Origin: an uncultured bacterium
GTDB lineage: Bacteria; Edwardsbacteria; AC1; EtOH8
Direction: 5' to 3'
Assembly (NCBI GenBank): GCA_963780225.1
Contig: CAWAAX010000014.1
Span: 58,326-122,325 of the forward strand
Length of the DNA: 64,000 nt
Positions 50,296 through 63,221 of the stretch are shown here, piece after piece; position 1 is the first letter of the stretch; every line of letters starts with the position of its first letter. Below the pieces are notes generated by a model. That model had not been told where the DNA came from. It saw only the letters and a list, made by a program, of their open reading frames with translations, and searched no databases. The position numbers were made by a program, and so were the translations under genes.

Positions 50296-51603
50296 TCAGG
50301 TTTTAAGCTGCTTCTTCTTGGCCGCCGGGAAAAGGATGTTGTTGAGTATCAACCGGTAGCCCGGAGAATTGCGGAAAAGCCTCAGGTCCGTGGCCGGATC
50401 GCCCACCATATGCTGGTAGTCCTCGGGATCATGCCCGCCGTAGTAGGCAAAGCTCCCCTGACCGTAAATGCCGTGAAGATATTTTACCTCTTCGCTGCCG
50501 GCCACTTCGGCCAGGATCACTATCCCCGGCTTGATCTTTGATCTTCTAAAACCAGTGTCCTGGCCCATAAACTCCCGCACCAGGGCCACGTGATTCTGCA
50601 CCAGCATACAGGAGATGGGATCGTACTTGGCCGAGAAATCGAATAAGGTAAAATAGCTGTTGGCGCCCCTGGCCGAGGGGCCATTATCGCCCTCCGGTGA
50701 CCCTCCGTACTGGTTGTTGACATCGATGTCGGAATGTTCGTAAATGTAGGGGTTGACCATCAGCGAAAAGTCCCGAAAGGCCAGGGTTTGGCTAAAATCC
50801 AGCCGGGAAGAATAGCCGGGATCAACCGGGTCCCCGTCAAATTCCTGGGGCACGATGTCGGTGGCGGCCGCCGAAAGAGCAATGTCCAAAGTGGACGGGG
50901 CCGAGCACATGGCGAACAGGAAACCGCCCTGGAACAAGTATTTTCTCAATTCCTGCCCCACCGCTAGTTTCAACTTGCTGACCTTCTTATATCCCAGTTT
51001 CTGGGCCATCCTGGTGTTGACCTTGACATCGTTGCGGTACCAGTCGGTGGCCTGGTAGTTCAGGTAGAACTTGCCGTACTGCCCGGTGAAATCCTCGTGG
51101 TGAAGGTGCAGCCAGTCGTATTGCGACAGAGCTCCGGCCAGGACCTCCTCGTCCCACAAAGTGGCATAGGGCACCTCGGCGTAGTCCAGCACCAGGCGCA
51201 CCGCGTCATCCCAGGGATCGTAGGTGGGCGGGACATAGACCGCCAGCTTGGGAGCTTTTTCCAGCTCGATCCGTTCCATGTTGGCCGCTTCCATCTGGCC
51301 GTAGATGGACTGGATATCACCGTCCGAAACGACGGAGAAGCTTACCCCCCGCAGATTGCAGAGCTGGCCGACCATTTGATCTTCATCGGACAGAAAGGAT
51401 CCGCCCCGGTAGTTCAAAAGCCACTGGACCTTGATCCCCTGCTGCAGGCAGCGGTAAACCACGCCATAAGCCTTAAGGTGATCAGACTGATTAAGGTCCA
51501 TGGGGATCAGAATCCCTCCGCTGCAAGCCGGGGAAGCCAGAAACAGGCAGGAAACAGATAAAAATAGCAGACCTTTGGATATTTTTACAAAGCTTGATGG
51601 CAT
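50296..51603 (-). CDS. secreted hypothetical protein
   Basis: 435 aa with a cleavable signal peptide (LASPACSG); no confidently recognised catalytic motif. Confidence 0.45.
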   Translation of the reverse strand: MPSSFVKISKGLLFLSVSCLFLASPACSGGILIPMDLNQSDHLKAYGVVYRCLQQGIKVQWLLNYRGGSFLSDEDQMVGQLCNLRGVSFSVVSDGDIQSIYGQMEAANMERIELEKAPKLAVYVPPTYDPWDDAVRLVLDYAEVPYATLWDEEVLAGALSQYDWLHLHHEDFTGQYGKFYLNYQATDWYRNDVKVNTRMAQKLGYKKVSKLKLAVGQELRKYLFQGGFLFAMCSAPSTLDIALSAAATDIVPQEFDGDPVDPGYSSRLDFSQTLAFRDFSLMVNPYIYEHSDIDVNNQYGGSPEGDNGPSARGANSYFTLFDFSAKYDPISCMLVQNHVALVREFMGQDTGFRRSKIKPGIVILAEVAGSEEVKYLHGIYGQGSFAYYGGHDPEDYQHMVGDPATDLRLFRNSPGYRLILNNILFPAAKKKQLKT

Positions 51604-51656
51604 AACTTATTAGTTTAAGGCTAAATCGTTGATTTGTCAAGTTTTTTGAATAAAAA

Positions 51657-51680
51657 AAGGGGCGATTTATCGCCCCTTTT
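51657..51680 (-). terminator. rho-independent terminator
   Basis: aaggggcgat-ttat-cgcccctttttt; hairpin plus T-run downstream of the lipoprotein gene. Confidence 0.55.
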
Positions 51681-51702
51681 TTATGTATCTTTTGTATTTT
51701 TA

Positions 51703-52122
51703 TCAGGGTATAACTATTGTTGTGTCTTTTAACAACAGCGAATCAGTTTCTGCAAATATTTTCAAAAAATAGCTTCCGGGGGTTATATCATCTATCTTAT
51801 AACTCACGGTGAATGAACACAAGCAATAGCAGACTACTCCATCATATTTTTCATACACCTTTAAGGTCTCGGCAGACTGTTTGAATTCGCCTCTTATAGT
51901 ATCACAACAGGAAGTAACTAAATTATAATGCCATATGAGTACGTCGTTATCTTGAACATAGATGGCAAAGCTATCCCCTTTAGCAGTCGATTCATTACTG
52001 CAGGGAAATTGGTAATAACTGAAGGTAGCCGCTGGCGTGGCCGTGGTTGGATCATCGCTTTTACTACAGCCAAACAGCACAATGCCACATAATAAGAAAA
52101 ACACTAAAGTATTTATCCTCAT
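51703..52122 (-). CDS. small lipoprotein, hypothetical (AT-rich gene)
   Basis: 139 aa; lipobox LFGCSKSD; notably lower GC than its neighbours; a TTGACA-N16-TATACT promoter lies at 52181-52208. Confidence 0.45.
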   Translation of the reverse strand: MRINTLVFFLLCGIVLFGCSKSDDPTTATPAATFSYYQFPCSNESTAKGDSFAIYVQDNDVLIWHYNLVTSCCDTIRGEFKQSAETLKVYEKYDGVVCYCLCSFTVSYKIDDITPGSYFLKIFAETDSLLLKDTTIVIP

Positions 52123-52180
52123 TTTGGCTCCTTTTCCTTTAATTATTGTAAAGTCTGTCGTACCATGAGCAATTAGTAGT

Positions 52181-52208
52181 AGTATACCACCCCCCCGAGT
52201 TTTGTCAA
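52181..52208 (-). promoter_or_regulatory. sigma70 promoter TTGACA-N16-TATACT for the small lipoprotein gene
   Basis: Minus-strand reading cgcTTGACAaaactcgggggggtggTATACTact. Confidence 0.45.
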
Positions 52209-52222
52209 GCGAAATCTTGTAT

Positions 52223-53533
52223 TTATTTAATCTCCTCGCCTATCAGAGTGGCCTGGGTGGCCTTTTCTATCTTCACCTTCACCAGTTGGCCGGGCTTAAG
52301 CTCCCTGCCGGAATTCACCGCCACAGTCTTGTTCCCCCCGGTCCGGCCCAAGAACTGGCCCTGAGACCGTTTGCTTTCTTTCTCCACCAGCACCTCAAAT
52401 GATTTTCCGATATCCGCCCGGTTGGATTCTATTGTGATCTGCTGCTGCAGTTTTATCAGCCGGTCCAGCCGCTCCAGCTTTTCCGGCTCCGGAATACTGC
52501 CATCCAACCCGCAGGCCATGGTTCCGGGACGTTCCGAGTATTTATAGGTAAAGGCCGCATCGAACCTGATCTTTTGTACCGCCTCCAGCGTTTCTTGGAA
52601 CTCACCTTCCGTCTCCCCCGGAAATCCCGCGATGATGTCGGTGGTCAGCACCAGCTTCGGCATGGCTTTCCGGGCCTGGTTGACCAACGACAAGAAATGG
52701 GCCAGGGTATATCTGCGGTTCATCAGGGCCAGTATCCGGTCGCTGCCGGCCTGCAGGGGAAGATGCAGGTGCTTGCAGACCTTTGGCTGTTCCGCCATCT
52801 TAGCGATGAGCTCATCGCTAAGATCCTTCGGATGCGAGGTTATGAAACGAATCCGTTCGATTCCCTCCACCCGGCAGGCCTGCAGAAGTAATTTCGGGAA
52901 ATCCATCTCCTGCCAATTGTACGAGTTGACGTTCTGCCCGACCAAAGTAATCTCTTTGATCCCCTGCCGGGCCAGATTTTCCATGTCCCCGATTACCGCC
53001 GGCGCCGGGCGGGATGATTCCGGTCCCCGCACATAGGGAACTATGCAGTAGCTGCAATGGTTATTGCAGCCCCGCATCACTGCCAGCTGGGCGGTGACCT
53101 GGTTCTTGAAATCGGGGACCAGTCCGGTCTCTTCCGGAGAATAGGACATGTCGTTCCGGCACATCTGAAGGTCTTCGGCAAAAAGCTGGGCTAGGACCGA
53201 GGGCAGCTCGGCCTGGTTCTTGGTGCCGATCACCGCATCCAGGTGCTTAAAGCGTTCCAGCAGGGTTTTGCCCTGTTCCTGGGCCACGCAGCCGCAGAGA
53301 ATAAGCTTTAGGCCGGGATTATTAGTCTTCAGCCCTTTAAGCTCCCCCACCCGGCCCAGCACCCGCTCCTCGGCGTGGCCCCGCACCGCACAGCTGTTGA
53401 TGATCACCGCATCCGCCTGTTCGGAAGATTCAGCCTTGGCCATCCCGGCTCCGATCAAGAGCGATGAGATGCAGGCCGAATCATAAACGTTCATCTGGCA
53501 GCCGTAGGTTTCTATGTGAAAGGTCTTTAACAT
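52223..53533 (-). CDS. miaB: tRNA-2-methylthio-N6-dimethylallyladenosine synthase MiaB (radical SAM methylthiotransferase with TRAM domain)
   Basis: 436 aa; N-terminal MTTase Cys motif region (YGCQMNVYDS), radical-SAM CxxxCxxC (CNNHCSYCIVP), C-terminal TRAM (GQLVKVKIEKA...). Confidence 0.8.
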   Translation of the reverse strand: MLKTFHIETYGCQMNVYDSACISSLLIGAGMAKAESSEQADAVIINSCAVRGHAEERVLGRVGELKGLKTNNPGLKLILCGCVAQEQGKTLLERFKHLDAVIGTKNQAELPSVLAQLFAEDLQMCRNDMSYSPEETGLVPDFKNQVTAQLAVMRGCNNHCSYCIVPYVRGPESSRPAPAVIGDMENLARQGIKEITLVGQNVNSYNWQEMDFPKLLLQACRVEGIERIRFITSHPKDLSDELIAKMAEQPKVCKHLHLPLQAGSDRILALMNRRYTLAHFLSLVNQARKAMPKLVLTTDIIAGFPGETEGEFQETLEAVQKIRFDAAFTYKYSERPGTMACGLDGSIPEPEKLERLDRLIKLQQQITIESNRADIGKSFEVLVEKESKRSQGQFLGRTGGNKTVAVNSGRELKPGQLVKVKIEKATQATLIGEEIK

Positions 53534-53685
53534 TTATTCAATCACGCTTTCCCACCATTGGCCACAAAAGCCTGCACTGAGCCGGGCCGAAGCGGCACAA
53601 AGGACACAGATTATTTGCTGCGGCCCAAAAGCCATTATTAATAAATCCCTTTGTGATTTATGTGCTTTTTGTGGTTAAAAAAAAT

Positions 53686-54930
53686 TTAGGCCTCCAACTC
53701 GCCATCCATGCCCTGCTCATTAGCCGTGAGCAGCTTTACCGGCAGCATTTTGTTCCTGAGATCGGCATCCGACCTGACCGTGACCCGGAAATAGTGTTCC
53801 CCCAGACCGGACCACTCCCCCTTATTCTGGCCTTCGAACAGGACGGCGGTTCTTTGCCCGGACAATGAACCCCAGTACTGGTGCTGTTTTTGGGTGAACA
53901 TCTCCCGGAGCCTTTGGGAACGCTCTTTTTTTATCCCCTCGGGGATCTGTCCCGGCATTTCGGCGGCCTTGGTCTGCGGTCTTTTGGAATAGGTGAAGAC
54001 ATGCAGCTGGCTTACGGGAAGATCTTTGGCTGCGTTGTAGCTCTGGCCGAACTCCTGCTCGCCTTCCCCGGGAAAACCCACGATGATGTCGGTGCCGAAT
54101 GTCATTTCGGGAATGGCTTTTTTGACCTTATGCAGCAGAGCAGAGAAATATTTCATGGAATACGGGCGGTTCATCAGTTTCAGGATCTTATCATCTCCGC
54201 TCTGCAGGGGAAGATGCAGGTGCCGGGCCACTTTGGGCAGTTCCGCCAGGGTCTCTATCAAATCGTCGCTGGCATCGTCGGGCTCCAGCGAGCTTAGACG
54301 GATCCTTTCCAATCCAGGAATGTCGTGGATAGATTTCAGCAGCACCCTTAAGTAAGGCTTGAAATCTCCCAGCCGGACCCCGGCCAGCACCAATTCCTTG
54401 TGCCCGGAACCAACCAGCCGGGCGGCCTCGGCCATTATGTCAGAAAGTTCCCGGCTTCGTGACCTCCCCCGGGCCAGCGGCACGATGCAGTAGCTGCAGC
54501 GGTGGTCGCAGCCGTCCTGGACCTTAAGGAAGGCCCGGGTGTGGCCGGAGAATGCTTTTATTCCTTCGGGAGCGGATTTTTGGCTGAAGCCCAGTTCCCG
54601 AAGCACTGATAAAATATTTTCCGGACTGCACCTGCCCACCACCAGGTCCGCCTGGGGAATGTCTTTCAAAGCTTTTTCGTTAGCCTGCCCGTAACAGCCG
54701 GCCATTATTATGCGGCCTTTTGGATTCTGCCTTCTGCATTTGCGCAGAGTTTGTCTGGCCTGCTGGTCCGCCGCCGCGGTCACGGTGCAGGTGTTGATCA
54801 GGACTATATCCGCCGGTTGTCCGGGTCCGGACGGGGACAGCCCGGCCTGCTCCAACGCGGCCCGCCACATTTGGGAATCGTACTGGTTGACCTTGCAGCC
54901 AAAAGTGATGATATTGAAAAACCGGCTCAT
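53686..54930 (-). CDS. MiaB-like radical SAM methylthiotransferase (MtaB-type, no clear TRAM)
   Basis: 414 aa; FGCKVNQYDS N-motif and CDHRCSYCIVP radical-SAM motif. Confidence 0.7.
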   Translation of the reverse strand: MSRFFNIITFGCKVNQYDSQMWRAALEQAGLSPSGPGQPADIVLINTCTVTAAADQQARQTLRKCRRQNPKGRIIMAGCYGQANEKALKDIPQADLVVGRCSPENILSVLRELGFSQKSAPEGIKAFSGHTRAFLKVQDGCDHRCSYCIVPLARGRSRSRELSDIMAEAARLVGSGHKELVLAGVRLGDFKPYLRVLLKSIHDIPGLERIRLSSLEPDDASDDLIETLAELPKVARHLHLPLQSGDDKILKLMNRPYSMKYFSALLHKVKKAIPEMTFGTDIIVGFPGEGEQEFGQSYNAAKDLPVSQLHVFTYSKRPQTKAAEMPGQIPEGIKKERSQRLREMFTQKQHQYWGSLSGQRTAVLFEGQNKGEWSGLGEHYFRVTVRSDADLRNKMLPVKLLTANEQGMDGELEA

Positions 54931-55025
54931 TTATAAATTATACCATAAAACCGTTTAATACAAAAGGGCATAAAAATGCAGCCCTGGTCTTTATTCCCGG
55001 GCTGCCATAACTGGACATATCGCCT

Positions 55026-55415
55026 TTACTGTTCTTCTTCCACGGTCTCCGGCTCTACATTTTCCATTGTCAGGTCCATTTGCAGGTTTTTTCGGAAAGG
55101 AGTGATCTTAACCGTTTTGGAATAGAACCCTTCGGCCTGAATCGAGATCTGGCCTGTGTTGCCTGTCGCCGGCAGCTGGTACCCGCCATTTTGGACAGTA
55201 GTGACCCACCCGGATGTTGTCCCGTCCGAGTTCCAGGCTCTGACCGTAGCGTTGACCGGATTTCCGTAGCTGTCGCAGACCCTTCCTTGAATGAAGCTGC
55301 CCGTGGCCCCCTGGCGGTTCCCGAACCTAAACCCGGCCGAAGCCGCAGCCCCCAGCCCCCGGGAAAAATATCCCGTCTTGTTAAGATTGGTCACCGCCAT
55401 GTCTAATGCTGGCAA
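55026..55415 (-). CDS. small hypothetical protein with carboxypeptidase-regulatory-like (CarboxypepD_reg) beta-sandwich
   Basis: ...GRVCDSYGNPVNATVRAWNSDGTTSGWVTTVQNGGYQLPA...GFYSKTVKI has the pattern of CarboxypepD_reg/transthyretin-like domains; the start is uncertain and overlaps the upstream gene. Confidence 0.4.
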   Translation of the reverse strand: MPALDMAVTNLNKTGYFSRGLGAAASAGFRFGNRQGATGSFIQGRVCDSYGNPVNATVRAWNSDGTTSGWVTTVQNGGYQLPATGNTGQISIQAEGFYSKTVKITPFRKNLQMDLTMENVEPETVEEEQ

Positions 55416-56583
55416 ACCAAAGGTTTAAACCGGCGCCCAGGCTGTAACTGGCGTCATACATCGAAGAATATCCCACCCCGGCCCTTAAAGATATCAGTTT
55501 GAAGGGCCGTATTTCCAGTCCCGACGAAAGGCTGAGGTTTTTGTATCCCAGGTCGCCGGACAGGCTCTGTCTTGAGGCATCCAGCTCGATGCTGATCATT
55601 TTTGTATTAAAGGATATCCCGGCATTGGCGGTGACCGGGTAAGCCGTGGCGAATTCCTTCCCTATGATCAGAGTATCCTTGAAGGCCGGAGCAGCATCAC
55701 TGCCGAAAATGCTTGAAGTGTCCAGGGCAAAGCTTACCATTCGTTCCCGTACATCGGCCTGCCATTTTATGCCCCGGTTCAAATTCAATACTGAAAGACC
55801 CATCCGCCATTGGCTTCCTGCTTCAGCCGCCATCCCCAGATCCAGAGCCCAGCCCCGGCCTGCCGGTTTTACCAGTTTAAGCTGATCGTTCCACCCGGCC
55901 GTCCGGTAGTATATGTCTCCCCGGCCCAGCAGTCCGCTGTTCAAGGTTGTGATCTGAATATCCCCGGCCGACGAATTATACTTCAACCCTGACAGATGCT
56001 TAAAGCTGAGGCCCAAAGCCGCCCTGAACTGGCCGGACATTACCGGCTGCCCGTAGGACAAGGCGGATTCCAGCACCGTCCAGCCCTGGCTGATCCTGCC
56101 GGAAGATACGCTGTAGCTCCTGTCCAGCTGATTCCCAAACAGCATCAGATCAGCCAGGTCCCTGGAAACATTCATCTGCTGCCAATTTTTTAAATTTACG
56201 GTAAAAGCCATCCTTTTAACCGCTACCCCTAATATCCCCACGGTCATTTCGCTGTTCACCAGCAATCCGTTTTGGGGAATGGAATTCAGGATCAACTCTT
56301 TGTCGGCATCGTCCAAGGTGTCCCCGGAAATGCGATTGTAATCGTAAATTGAAAAGGCGTTGTTGCCGGTGACCGTGCTGACGTTGAAAAGACTGATTTC
56401 GATTTTCCTCCCCCGCTTGATCCCCAGATTGGCAGGATTATAGAAGACCGCCTCCGGCCCGCTGGCCTGGGTCATCCGGCTGCCGCCCATCCCCAGAGCG
56501 GCGGCAGAATTCGGGCTTTGGCCCCGGGCGGTCGCAACTCCCAGCAGAGATAGTAGTAAACCTATGTAAATATGTTTTTTCAC
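55381..56583 (-). CDS. outer-membrane beta-barrel protein, PorV/PorQ-like (FadL-like; candidate T9SS shuttle component)
   Basis: 400 aa; signal peptide; N-terminal AAALGMGGSRMTQASGPEAVFYNPANLG resembles the conserved PorV N-terminal motif; alternating amphipathic strands; C-terminal aromatic residue. The assignment is from memory of the family signature and is not computed. Confidence 0.45.
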   Translation of the reverse strand: MKKHIYIGLLLSLLGVATARGQSPNSAAALGMGGSRMTQASGPEAVFYNPANLGIKRGRKIEISLFNVSTVTGNNAFSIYDYNRISGDTLDDADKELILNSIPQNGLLVNSEMTVGILGVAVKRMAFTVNLKNWQQMNVSRDLADLMLFGNQLDRSYSVSSGRISQGWTVLESALSYGQPVMSGQFRAALGLSFKHLSGLKYNSSAGDIQITTLNSGLLGRGDIYYRTAGWNDQLKLVKPAGRGWALDLGMAAEAGSQWRMGLSVLNLNRGIKWQADVRERMVSFALDTSSIFGSDAAPAFKDTLIIGKEFATAYPVTANAGISFNTKMISIELDASRQSLSGDLGYKNLSLSSGLEIRPFKLISLRAGVGYSSMYDASYSLGAGLNLWFASIRHGGDQS

Positions 56584-56597
56584 CGTATTTGGCCAGT

Positions 56598-57224
56598 CTA
56601 CATCACTTTTTTCCGGACGGTCACCAGCACAGTGGAATGCAAGTAATCCGAATATCCTGCTTTGACCGTCAACCCGTTGGTGCCATAGGAAACCATTGAG
56701 TATCCGGCAAAGACCGTGCCTCCATTTATTAAGGCGATCTGAGCGCTGTCCAAAGTAAATGAAATCAAATTGCTGCTGGCAGCCGTTACCCTCCCAGTGC
56801 TGTCATACAAGGCCGGCAATACCCGCAACGGTCCAATTACGATTTTGGGTGCGCTGAACACCGTGGCCGAATCGTCGCTGATATATATCATTCCCGAGTC
56901 GATGCCCACCGGCAAATGGTTGTCCAAGTTATACTGAATTGTGCCGGATTCTATCTGAAGGTCAAATGCACTTAGGTCAACCATTTTGGGATACCCGGTA
57001 ATTTTAATGGTATCCATGGTAAATACTATAAAGGAATCTGACTTTCCCGGGAATTTAACCATTGGCAATAATTCATTCAAGTAGGTACAATTATCGATCA
57101 AAGGAATATTTATATCCACCTCCCAGCTTGGTGCAACCGGGTTTTCCATCGAGCACTGCAAAGATGACAGCATCAATAAAAATAATGCCGTTATCAGTGA
57201 TATCTTATTTATTCTTGATTTCAT
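56598..57224 (-). CDS. secreted hypothetical protein
   Basis: 208 aa; signal peptide MKSRINKISLITALFLLMLSSLQCS. Confidence 0.4.
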   Translation of the reverse strand: MKSRINKISLITALFLLMLSSLQCSMENPVAPSWEVDINIPLIDNCTYLNELLPMVKFPGKSDSFIVFTMDTIKITGYPKMVDLSAFDLQIESGTIQYNLDNHLPVGIDSGMIYISDDSATVFSAPKIVIGPLRVLPALYDSTGRVTAASSNLISFTLDSAQIALINGGTVFAGYSMVSYGTNGLTVKAGYSDYLHSTVLVTVRKKVM

Positions 57225-57683
57225 TTTGACCCCTTTAACACATTTTTAATTTTCATAGGAATAGGGATGCATTATTAAGGCCAATAAATATTATTTTCTT
57301 ATCCGTTGCTGGCCAATGACTAATAATAATAATATTTTGATTAAAGTTTAATCCTTTGACCTTTTTCCCTGACATGTGTATCGTTTTTGTTTCTTTTGTC
57401 TTTATACTCAGACTGACCGAAGAGTCACCCGTAAACGGATGACTCTTTCCCTGACTTAGTAAACACAATTAGAAAACCCCCGCTAAAAAGCGGGGGTTCC
57501 TAAATTTAATCCCGGCGGTGTTAGAAACACTTATGAGTACATCGAATTAGTGTTTCTTACATCCCTCTTTATATTATGCCAGCATTTGGGACCTACTAGT
57601 AAAGTAAATTAAGGCATCCTATATCCTGAGCCTACCATCATAAATTTAAAAATGGCGAAGGATCCGGGAGCAACATAAATAGA

Positions 57684-57710
57684 AAGCCCCCGCTAAAAAA
57701 GCGGGGGCTT
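57684..57710 (-). terminator. rRNA operon terminator hairpin; a near-identical second copy lies at 57473-57498
   Basis: agcccccgc-taaaaaa-gcgggggct immediately 3' of the 5S gene. The duplicate aacccccgctaaaaagcgggggtt 210 nt further downstream also repeats the last ~12 nt of 5S (TAATCCCGGCGG). Confidence 0.55.
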
Positions 57711-57721
57711 CTAAAATTAAT

Positions 57722-57838
<117 letters not shown>

Positions 57839-57993
57839 ACTTTCTCTTTATGCCCTACCCTGATCCCTCTCCCATTGGGGGAGGGCAGGGTGGGGTTAAA
57901 AACCGAACAGGGCTTTATTAATAAAGATTATTTAGAACTTGGGTATTAAACCATTAATTATGCGACCGATGAATACTGGTTTTTAAAATTCAT

Positions 57994-61025
<3,032 letters not shown>

Positions 61026-61185
61026 AAAAACAATTTTAAAAACCAATAGTCATCAATCGCAGAATCCAATGACTATATATTCCAAGCTCTAAAGTGCTTA
61101 TTACTTTTCTTTATTAATAAAGACCCTATTCAGTTTTCAAAGAACTAAGTATTCCATCGTGTCTATAGTTTTTGTAGAGCTTTGT

Positions 61186-61214
61186 ATTATAATCAAAAAC
61201 GCCCTAAATGTCAA
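61186..61214 (-). promoter_or_regulatory. perfect consensus sigma70 promoter TTGACA-N17-TATAAT upstream of the 23S-5S operon
   Basis: Minus-strand reading cgCTTGACAtttagggcgtttttgatTATAATacaaag, about 160 nt upstream of the 23S 5' end. Confidence 0.55.
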
Positions 61215-61407
61215 GCGAAAAGTTAACGATATATTAAAAAAGATGAAAATAGTTTGTATGTCCTTGCAATCATTGATTATGCAGAATAAAACCAATTACA
61301 TATTATGGCCGGTTTTTCGGCTTTTTGGGATGGTTTATTGCTGCCATAACAGAGAAATCCCGCAAAATCGCAGGATCTTGCGGGATTTAGGGTTAAAACT
61401 TTGGCGG

Positions 61408-62983
61408 TCACCGCATCAAAATGATCTTTTTGCTTTGGGTCCGGCCATTGCAGTTGAGTTTGCAGAAATACACCCCGTTGCCGGCCGCTTGGCCCTGCTC
61501 ATCCCGGCCGTCCCAGGTTACGCTGTAGACTCCTGCACCCTGAACCCTGTCCGCTAATGTTTTCACCAGTTGCCCCTGGATGTTGTAGACCTTCAGATTT
61601 ACCATTCCCGATTTGGGTATTTGATATTTGATCGTAGTCTGTGAACTGAAGGGGTTGGGACTGTTCTGGGTCATTCTAAATTCAATATTCGGTATTCTGT
61701 CTTCGGGCTTGGCCTCTACGCCTTCGGTGGTCTTGGTCATCACTATAAAATCATCTACGCAGAGCGCTTCGCCAAGCAGACTATCACCATCCGAATAAAA
61801 CGATATCCTGAATTGCACGGTTTTGCCCGACCAACCGGAAAGGTCAGTATAGCCGTAAATGCTGCTGTAGGTTTCCCAACTGTCGGCATACTGATTGATC
61901 GGAATATAGGCTGACAAAGGAGCCCAATTTTTCCCACTATCCTGGGATATTTCAAAGTTATAATAATCGTGCCCACCCTCAAAGGTCATAGGATTGGGAA
62001 ACTGTAAAATGAAATCGGCATAGCAGGAATCGACAACACCGGGGATTGTGATGAATGGGGATACCAAGCCGTCCCTCTGGGTCCAGGTATATTCATCCAA
62101 GCTGTCTGGGCCCGCCACCCAAAACTTGTTTCCGGTAACATCGTCTTTGTGCCAAAAATATGCCGGAGGTTTTGATTGTACCAGCCAGGGAATCAGGGTG
62201 TCGGTATCAAGATTGTCAAAAAAGATCGGGGCCGGCGTACCGCCAGCGCTCACGGTATCCAGCCTGAAATCATCCAAGTACGCACATACCGTGGTACGGG
62301 CCGCCGTCCTGGTCGGATTCGGACGGATCGCTGCAAGCCACAAAGCAGACCCGCACTTTTTTACCCTTGTATGGCGTCAGATCAAAGCCTACTTTATTCC
62401 AGCCGCCGTTGGTGCCGCCCCAGCCCGGGATCACCTGCCAGTCCGGCACCAGCCCGATGTATTTCCAGGAATAGGCATCGGTAAGATTATAGGCGGCGGC
62501 CGGAAATCGGCCAAGGTCGGGATATATTATGGTACACTTAGCAATGGACCAGGTGGAATCTCCGGTGCTGTCGATCCAGACATTGATGCAGTCACAGTCA
62601 CCCCCACCCGGGGCTTCCAGATTATAATGATGCCATAATGAAAGCAACACCGTATCCGCAGTAATCCCGATAAGATCGAACTGCGGCGAGGTCAGGAACT
62701 GGGCCCAGCCGTTTCCGTAGCCCGGGGGATTGGCCCAGCTAGCGGTGTCGGTATTGGTACCGCACCAGAAGGAGTTTCCGGAGTAAGCGCCCAGCGTGTC
62801 CCCGTGCCAATACGAGCTTTGCACGAAAGGATCCGCCACCGTCCAGCCTTTTTCCGTAGTGAAATCGTCGCAGAACAGGGTGTCCCAGCCAGCCGTCGCG
62901 GCATGGGCATTGGCGGTCGCAACCATCAACATAACAGCAAATATGACCGCTGTAAGGTTCTTATGCATTGGATATCCTTTCAA
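61408..62983 (-). pseudogene. frameshifted gene for a secreted two-domain T9SS cargo protein (ORFs 62270..62983 and 61408..62343 overlap in different frames)
   Basis: The upstream ORF has a signal peptide (MKGYPMHKNLTAVIFAVMLMVATANAHAATAG). The downstream ORF begins on a TTG inside an open frame and ends with the T9SS C-terminal domain ...GVYFCKLNCNGRTQSKKIILMR. The two halves are internally homologous (GKKVRVCFVACSD... versus GKTVQFRISFYSDGDS...CVDDF). Confidence 0.5.
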
Positions 62984-63221
62984 GGTTCATTGTAACAAGA
63001 ACAACTAAGTAGCATTCTTAATGATTCCAAATCTATCTGCATAAATGTCCACAAACACAAAAACCCCGCTATCCGGCATTACTGTTTACCGGACAAGGGG
63101 GTTTTAATTTTGTGTTTTTGTTGTTTTTCATGGGTTGCTCTAAATTGTTTTTTGCGCAAGCCCACCGAAAATGCCGTTCTTTTATTCTACTAAATCCCTA
63201 TGATTTTGTCAATTGAAATAT

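Noticed and set aside
57253-57468. 71-aa ORF between the secreted-protein gene and the duplicated rRNA terminator
   Set aside because: It lies in the AT-rich promoter/terminator region and has no RBS. The region is better explained by hairpins and promoter elements.
63060-63105. Possible SRP (4.5S) RNA, because of the CTGTTTACC string in a GC-rich hairpin
   Set aside because: Only a 9-nt coincidence. The conserved domain IV GGUCCGGAAGGAAGCAGCC is absent, and the element reads as a terminator hairpin downstream of the WYL gene.
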